DNA from: Tubiluchus corallicola
Taxonomy: Eukaryota; Animalia; Priapulida
Reading direction: 5' to 3'
NCBI GenBank assembly: GCA_030141605.1
Contig: JAQGDQ010000024.1
Span: 310,001 to 374,000 of the forward strand
Length of the DNA: 64,000 nucleotides
The notes beneath the pieces were generated by a model, which saw only the letters and a list, made by a program, of their open reading frames with translations, ran no database searches and had not been told where the DNA came from. Shown one piece after another: positions 51,661 through 64,000 of the stretch; positions within the stretch are counted from its first letter, which is position 1; each line of letters starts with the position of its first letter. Both the position numbers and the translations under genes were made by a program.

Positions 51661-53105
51661 ATGTGTGACGAACAAACAAGTGGAGTTGGAGGGAACTGCA
51701 CTGAAACAGGCGCTCCAACGATATTGACTGCCGTCTCTCCTCCTCCATCAGTAGGCGGTGAGGAAAAAGAAGAGGAAAAAGAGTCTCATCTTATGGAAAC
51801 GTTGGTTATTGTCGTGCCTATAGTATTTGTGCTTTCACTGTACCTAATTGGACTGATTTTGCTCAAGCATCGACGGTGGCGCCGCCGTCAGAGGAGGGCA
51901 GCTATGGGAGACACAACAAGGAATGAAATAAGCCGTAAATGAGCTTTATGATATTTTTGCATGACTGAAATACATTTTTGTGTTCAATAATGTTTTGATC
52001 AACTAAGAGTTTTGCTGCCTGAATGTAGGAGTCCAACATACGGGCTTAATAATCTTATAGTAAAAATATCAATTTTTTAATTCAATGGTCCCTTGCTGGT
52101 CCAAAAGAAATTATTATTATTACACATATTTAAGAGGTAATAAAGGTTAGTGTTCAAGTTAGGGTACGTTAATAAATTTAAAGGATTAATGGGGCTAAAA
52201 TAGCAATAGGAAGAGAAAGTAAAAATAGTAGCAAACAAAAAATATTTGTTATAATATATAGTTTTTTTTATGAGTGAGCAGTGTGGGGGACCACTGGGAT
52301 AAGAGAATGTCAAGTTTGCAAAACAAAAAATGTCTGTTGAGGTAACGAGAGTTAAACGAATCCAGAAAACTTAAGCATATACAAATTAAAAAAAGTGAAC
52401 ACACAATAAGCTATACTATTTACTCAGAAGTACTGTAAGTTTAACAACTGGTTGATATTCACGATGCCTGTAAACAGTTCTGTTGCCAAAGCCGATTTCC
52501 GACATTCACAGACTTTTCTTCCCAGGACGATCATGCATTGGAAAGGACTGTCATTACAAACTATCAACTCCTCTTCACTTAACACTTTCCACAGACCTCT
52601 GATGTCTATTAACCTTAAGGCGTTAATACCTCTATCCTGCTCATGACAGTTAACACTTTCCGCATACGTCTGATGTCTTTTAACCTTAAGATGTTTTATA
52701 CTTTTATCCCGCTCACGACATTACAGGGTACTAATGATCACATCATGACAGTACATGATATTATAAACTTATTCTCCTTGTTACCTTACCTTGAGTAGTA
52801 CCTCAAGTAAAGTAAACTGAATATTCTGAGGTTTTGAATAACTGGTTAAAGTATATTCAAAATGCATATTTGAAATGTGCTAAACAAAAGCCAGTGTTCA
52901 TTGTTAAACCGAATTTCTGCTGGTTTCAGTATTCTCCCGGGAAGCAGAAGTGACTGTCGAAGGTACAGAAGCACAACTCAAACAACAACTCCAAGATGAA
53001 GCATTGCTGCGAAAGAACAGCACAAACCATGTTAAAACAGAAGATGACCCAAACAGTATTACTGAAACTTATGAGCAACGACTAGAGGAGGTTGCACTGT
53101 CCTAG
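51661..53105 (+). CDS. Small type III single-pass membrane protein, ~149 aa
   Basis: Exon 51661-51934 (acceptor ttacag upstream at 51583, donor gtaaat, phase 1) plus exon 52930-53105 (acceptor tttcag, TAG). No signal peptide; N-terminal NCT sequon; TM LVIVVPIVFVLSLYLIGLILL; stop-transfer KHRRWRRRQRR; acidic cytoplasmic tail. Confidence 0.75.
52460..52610 (+). mobile_element. Decayed LINE ORF2 3' fragment in an intron
   Basis: Translation FRHSQTFLPRTIMHWKGLSLQTINSSSLNTF matches the F(F/L)PRTI..WN.LP......S...F terminal motif of CR1/L2-group elements. Confidence 0.6.
52579..52720. repeat. Tandem duplication, 2 x ~71 bp
   Basis: TTAACACTTTCC..CTGATGTCT..TAACCTTAAG..TATCC.GCTCA.GACA occurs twice in tandem. 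Confidence 0.85.
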
Positions 53106-53906
53106 CACCAACAATATCTCCGGATGGACACAGTACAATGTTGACTCAGAAAGTGACTCTTATACAACAGTTTCTATTAGGCGTGGCAGTGGGAGCCTAA
53201 TTTTGAAAAAGCACACTTCAATAACTAAGATACATTTGCTTGCAAAAGCCGATAACTGATACTGTGCAACGTTAAACCATTGCTTCAAGGGTAAGCATGT
53301 GATCTAATGGATTTTAAGTGGCACTCGGTGATTGCCATGATGCAACGAAGTGGAGTTAATACATAATTCATACAGAGACCAAGATACAGTTTTAATTCAT
53401 TTTTCTAGTAATATGTCTCTCGAGTGTTAAAAACACAGAATTGCGCCGGCATCCACATGACAAATGGAGTAAAATGTTCCTTATCGCATAGTTTCCAAGT
53501 TGCTATATTTTTAATGAATCTACTAATTGATCTCTTAGACATTATTAAAAAATTAAAATGCACCCGTTAAAGTTTAAAAAGTATCTATCTACTGCAAACT
53601 CATAACTAAACACGTAAACATTTGTACTTCTACAGTATCACCTCACAATCTTGTGTTCTAGCAACTAGCATGGGGTGTACTAAGCAGAGGTACGTATTGA
53701 TTAGAAACCTCATTGGCCACATCTGTGTCACTCAATGTTAATTAATGCAAAGCCCGGGAGCCTCAAAGGGCAGATGTCAACAAGCCCAGCACCACCAAAC
53801 TTTATTGATTAGTTACTGGCATTTCTAAAAATCTCTTAAACTAAAAATGTGGCTTCGAAAAGGAGAAGATTTCAAGCTGGGAAAAATGAGACTAATGAAA
53901 AAGATG

Positions 53907-54154
53907 CAGTTTAAACAGTAAAGGAAGTGTTTAACAGGAGATATTTATGGCATTATTTGCATATGATCTAAAACTGAATGTAATTACATATAGACGTAAA
54001 TGATGGTTTGTTCGGGGATCACATGTTGGAAAAAATTCTGCTTACAGCTTTAGATTTCCATGCGAAATGAGCGTTGTGTGATATAAGATGCCCAAATTAA
54101 GCCAGTGACAGATGCAGGTAGGAATGATGAATACTACCTTTACTGTTTAAACTG
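53907..54154. mobile_element. Small Tc1/mariner-like MITE
   Basis: TIRs CAGTTTAAACAGTAAAGG / CCTTTACTGTTTAAACTG (18/18, extending imperfectly); flanks TG and TA. Confidence 0.6.
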
Positions 54155-57100
54155 TATAGCTTTAATTAAATGCTTGATACCATGTCCCAACACACTAATA
54201 ATATAATGCAAGACATCTTTTTTAAACAGAATAAAAAAGGTATTGTGAAAGCGAAAAAGATGAAATCTCTAAACTAAACAGGGCATATGTAGTAGGTATG
54301 CTATCACACATCCACAGTTTCACAGCAAAAAAAGCAAATTGGAATTTTTCTAAAGAAAAAGAGCAGGAGTGATTGACTCAAATGGGGTGAAATTGAAAGC
54401 TGTTATGAGTGCTAACACTATAGATAGAAAAATTCCTCCAAGAATTACTTTGTACACACAATAGATCAAAATGAAGCAGTTAAGGCCCTGAGTTCAGAAA
54501 GCAGTATGCGTGATAATTAAATACCACGCTTTAATTTAGTACCTGATGGAACATTTATGTAGTAAGACAGGAACAACATTATCCAGCTTTTCAAAACGTA
54601 AACAATGCATGGAATTGGTTAATCATTACTTACTACGTTTGGAATTCTGAGAGGCCATGGACAAATATGCTTTAATGCTGCATCATGGAATAAGCGTGGC
54701 TTACGGCAGATTGAGAAACCTTGCTGTGCAATTAATAGAAGGAAACATTGTCAAATACTAATAAATAAGCTGCACAGTAATGAATTATGAAAATACTTGC
54801 TTCTTTGCTAGTCGTTTCATTTCTCACTGCTAGTAATACTTATTAAATAAAAGTAATTCTACAAAAATTGGATTTAAGAAGTTTATAGCACGTGTCCTGG
54901 GAAGCTTAGCAAGCAAATTGGGCTTCTTTCTGGGCAAAATAGCAATTTCTCAATTTGCCCTGAGCACGGTCATTCATTGACAGCGTTAATGCATCTTCTG
55001 TCAGTGAACGAAAATCCCATATAACAAGTTAAGCGGATTCTTTCATTGATGTGTATTTTACGGACAAAAAATGCTAGGCAGAAACAACATGTTTAGATAG
55101 CAACTGCATGGAAGCACACTTACTGGTAAAAAACTTATCAAGATGCTATAATAATAATAATCCAGAATGCAGTCACTTGTAATGAAAGTGACGTGAATAA
55201 TATTTAACTGCAATCCAACGTACTTACTCAGTTCAATTCAATTCAATCCAGCAATCAGTAAATGGAAAGCAAAATGCACAATGACACTAACTGAAATTTA
55301 TTGACTCCAATTGATCCATTTATAACTTAGAGAAACAGGATGCGATAATGCCATCTTTACACTGCTTTTACAGTTTTAACAGCTTATACTGCTGTTTCAG
55401 ACATAACTTTGTTAAGCCTTTCAGTAATCTCTCAATCAGCTGTAAAATACACTTCCTGTTTGTATTTGAGGGCTAGAAAATAGACTTATGAAGTAGTGTC
55501 GAGTTAGAATTCTATGACATATTGTACATATGATAATCTTATTCATATTATTATTCTTATACTATCTTGCAATAGTCACTTATTTATGTTGCAACCTGTA
55601 TGTTGTTGGTATAAATCAACAAACTGAAAATAATGTACGTAAACAAATAATGGTTTGTAGATTGGCTCAGCCTGCTGACTAAAAACACAGTGCACCACTT
55701 TGACTTGAAGTCAGCCAACTGTCATTTCAGTCAGTGGAACAATGTCTAGACTTAGATATTTGTAATGTCTTAAACAGATGACAAAATCAATAGTACCGCA
55801 GATTTTTTTATCACTTCATCAAAATGTATTTAAAGATCTACACAGCTGCCTTTTATAATAGTTATTTTATTTTAAACGGTTTAATAGCTATAAAACTGCT
55901 GCAAAGAGTATAATGAATACCCTCTTCATCTAAGGTGCATGTGAGTTAATTGCCAGGCTAACCAACTGATCCAATGAGTTGTCTTTCTTTGTAAATGTTG
56001 TCTGTGTTATTAAAGTTTGAATACTTTACGTTAGCATAGGTTGTATATATGGTTCCATCCAAATGCTGCACTAAAACTGGATTAAAAGTGAAATCATTGT
56101 AATTTTGTCGGAAAAAAGAAAGGGCGCTGCCAAAAATTGTCCTCACAGTTAAAACAGCTGCAGTTATTGCAGGGTAACAAACTTTATGATACTTCAGTAA
56201 AGAGTAATGGTACACTAAGCTGTTGTGCAATCGCTTTTGCATTAAAGAAATTTCTAAATGTAAAGGCATTACGAAATGGTAAAGCATTAATCACTGTAAG
56301 TAATCTCACTCAAAGCACACAAAATGTTTGCATGTTGCAAAGTTATTAAAGAGTTTACGACTCATCTGCAAAAAACATGCGCCATCTCTGTAATTCCTAT
56401 ATCAATAAAAACTATAAAGACTATTCAGCTCTCTCCCAATATTGATTTTGCATTCCTCGTTCTGAATTTGTCTGAATGCCTATAGATACACAGATCTCAC
56501 TAAATGTAGCAGTTAGTCTATTAGTCGTATAGTTATTTGCTTTTTGGAAAATCGACTTATACGTGGCTATTTTTAAAGAAAACAGTTTAAATATAAGTAC
56601 TGTAATATAAAAGTATATATTCTGTGAATGAGATAAAAAATAATTGGTATTACATGTATATATGATTTTTTTATTTACAGATATAAAAAATCAGGGAAAT
56701 TTTACTGACATATTACAAGACTGTTGCAAAATTTGGTAATTTCAAACTACCATTAGCAACTTTAGCTGTGACGATCGAGCAATCTCATATGCTCCATTGA
56801 AACAATTAGCATTTCAGGCAAATTAAAAGCTGTAAAAGATGAAATGGTTAAAAAAATGTGCAGCATCATAGAGTAACAATAGCATATTTGACTTTTTTGT
56901 CTATTTTGATAACTGAGTTTTTTATAATTTAACTGTTTTGTTTCTACTGTATTTACGTTATACAATTAAGACTCTTTTAACTTTGTTACTGCCACTGAGT
57001 TATTTTGACAAAAAATACAAGGCATGCTTGATAAGAAATTGTAATGATGATAAACTAAAAATGTGTAATTCTAAATAAATATTTATTATTGTGTAATTCT

Positions 57101-57203
57101 TGTCATGTAACAAATTATGGCAATTACGATGAATAAATCTTACTTAAATGAAGATATCGATTAATGCCTAATGATTATTTCCGTATTTTTAACAAAAATA
57201 GTA

Positions 57204-58162
57204 CAGTAGGTGCCGCTTAATAGACTCACTTTGGGACTGAAGTGTTTTGACCCAATTAACCGACTGAACCTATTAACCGATGGGTATAGTATTACAGGTA
57301 TAGAATTATGAGCCATCAGCTTAGTATGCACTGCAAAGGTTTTTAATGAATTTTAGAAATGAAGCCTTTGTACAATTGAAAATTAGAAAAAAATATTTTA
57401 AAATATTAATTTGTATAAGTGAATGAGCAATACTTTTTTAAATCACACAAGTCTACTTATTTGTAAAAATTACGAAAATTCCTTCAAGGTCGGCTGCTTC
57501 ATTTTATCACGAAGAAGTTGGCCCACAAAGTTTTCAAAATGATGAAAACGCTGAAAATATGTTGTTGTATGATGCACAAATTCTCGTAAAATACTTAGTG
57601 CTTGGCGTGCTTAAACTGTTGGTGATGCCCGTGCTTCCCCACAGCTTCCTCTGTAGTTTTGCCTAAGCTCCCGCTTGCTATCGTGACTGTACCTGCATCC
57701 CTGGCATAACAGCAACATCTAGCTGATTAAACTTTCTAGCAAAGACAGCCAGAGCTTCAAAAGCAAACTGCTAAACAAGTGATTAAATGTTTAGCTTCCA
57801 GGAATTCTTGAGTAACGAGGTTAATTGCAGTGAACCAGCAACTCAAAGCAAATCATTAGGCTAGCATATTAGCCTATGCTAAACGTTCCTGCTTACAAAC
57901 AAAACAGTGCTTAACATGATAGTTTCTACATATATTAGAGAACAAATAAGATGATATAAAAGTCATAAAAGCTTATTAGTCACACGAAAGTGTCTTATTG
58001 AAGCATGTATAGGAAAATATTGAGTCAATTATGCGGAGTTATTTGAGTCAATTACTGATAGTTTTTATGTACACTTGAACAGAAGCGGCCCATATCAGGC
58101 ATTTTTGAGTTAATTAAGCGATTGAATCTATTAACGGTGAATCTATTAAGCGGCGTCTACTG
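57204..58162 (-). mobile_element. Non-autonomous pogo/Tigger-like DNA transposon with a transposase C-terminal remnant
   Basis: TA-flanked TIRs CAGTAGGTGCCGCTTAATAGACTCAC / GTGAATCTATTAAGCGGCGTCTACTG. Internal minus-strand remnant ARQALSILREFV..KMKQPTLKEFS* resembles the pogo-family C-terminal KQxxIxxFF PIP-box. Confidence 0.85.
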
Positions 58163-58645
58163 TACTACCGTCATTTGAAATTGTTGACCGAAAATTATAA
58201 AACTAAGTCATTGCTTAGCAAATACTCAAAATAGTGATTTACTGCTTAAATAATTTGTAATAATTAGTCATTTGTTGTTTAAATAAAATGTAAAAGAATT
58301 AAATATGAAAATTATTACAACTCATCAATATAGATTCACCAATTCTAGGACAGCAAGTTTAAACTTAGAACTTACAATTTCAATTTCATTTCGATTAGGT
58401 GATTTTACTACACAGTTAATTAGCTATAGCAATACTTAGTAGATATACAGTCAGATAAATAATTATTGTTCAAATTATTGACACGAATTGCAAGGTCACA
58501 ATCAACACTAAGAATGTTAATTATTTGGACATAATTTATGTCTATATGGCATATATAAGGTACTGATAAGAGTTTTATGACATGTTTCATACATAAAGCA
58601 AGTAAATATAATAAATACAGTTGCATTTACCTAGTTCGGCAGACA

Positions 58646-63635
<4,990 letters not shown>

Positions 63636-64000
63636 CTGAAACAAAATCAAAAGAAATGTAATAATTAGTTGAGTATCAAATATTGTATCTACACGTATCA
63701 CTAAATACCAGGAAGCATCCGAGTCCGTTAGACCTTGCATTAGCAAATATTTCACTTTGTTTTTTAGTCCATAGTATATATTCTTTATTATGCACAATTA
63801 ACTTAAAATTTACAATGTAAGCCTCAATTATAATGTTACACAGCAGTATCAGTTAAATAAATAGAAATATGCAGCTGGATATAATCAAGACAACTGTACA
63901 ACTCTTAAATCATGTAGTATGTTTGTATCTGAAAGCAAAAGCTAACCATGTGCTGTGAAATTAAGAGTAAGGCTGCAAGCATTCCGGTAACCACCAAGCT

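Noticed and set aside
55700-56480. 109-aa ORF and neighbouring ORFs downstream of DUS2
   Set aside because: No recognisable domain, non-ATG starts and no consistent exon chain; likely UTR or decayed repeat.

Overview
AT-rich, intron-containing eukaryotic (invertebrate animal) genomic DNA. I reconstructed six protein-coding loci by hand, using splice sites and phase checks where introns are present. (1) A minus-strand secreted or receptor-type gene with signal peptide-WSC-WSC-linker-Ig, running off the left edge. (2) An intronless four-transmembrane MS4A/CD20-like gene. (3) A ~1170-aa cuticlin/dusky-type ZP-domain membrane protein. (4) A 447-aa secreted Tyr/His/Gly/Pro/Ser-rich protein immediately upstream of the ZP gene on the same strand. 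(5) A ~149-aa type III single-pass membrane protein. (6) The 3' part of DUS2 (tRNA-dihydrouridine synthase 2 with dsRBD), entering from the right edge. I could support no gene in the ~20 kb between 31 and 51 kb. Across the window there are many non-autonomous DNA transposons (hAT, PIF/Harbinger, pogo/Tigger, Tc1-like), decayed CR1/L2-type LINE ends, tRNA-derived SINE heads, microsatellites and a ~154-bp-arm hairpin. The most interesting lead is that the Tyr/His-rich gene and the ZP gene may form one transcription unit (a shared signal-peptide exon and/or a dicistronic read-through mRNA). All gene models are manual inferences and no database searches were run.
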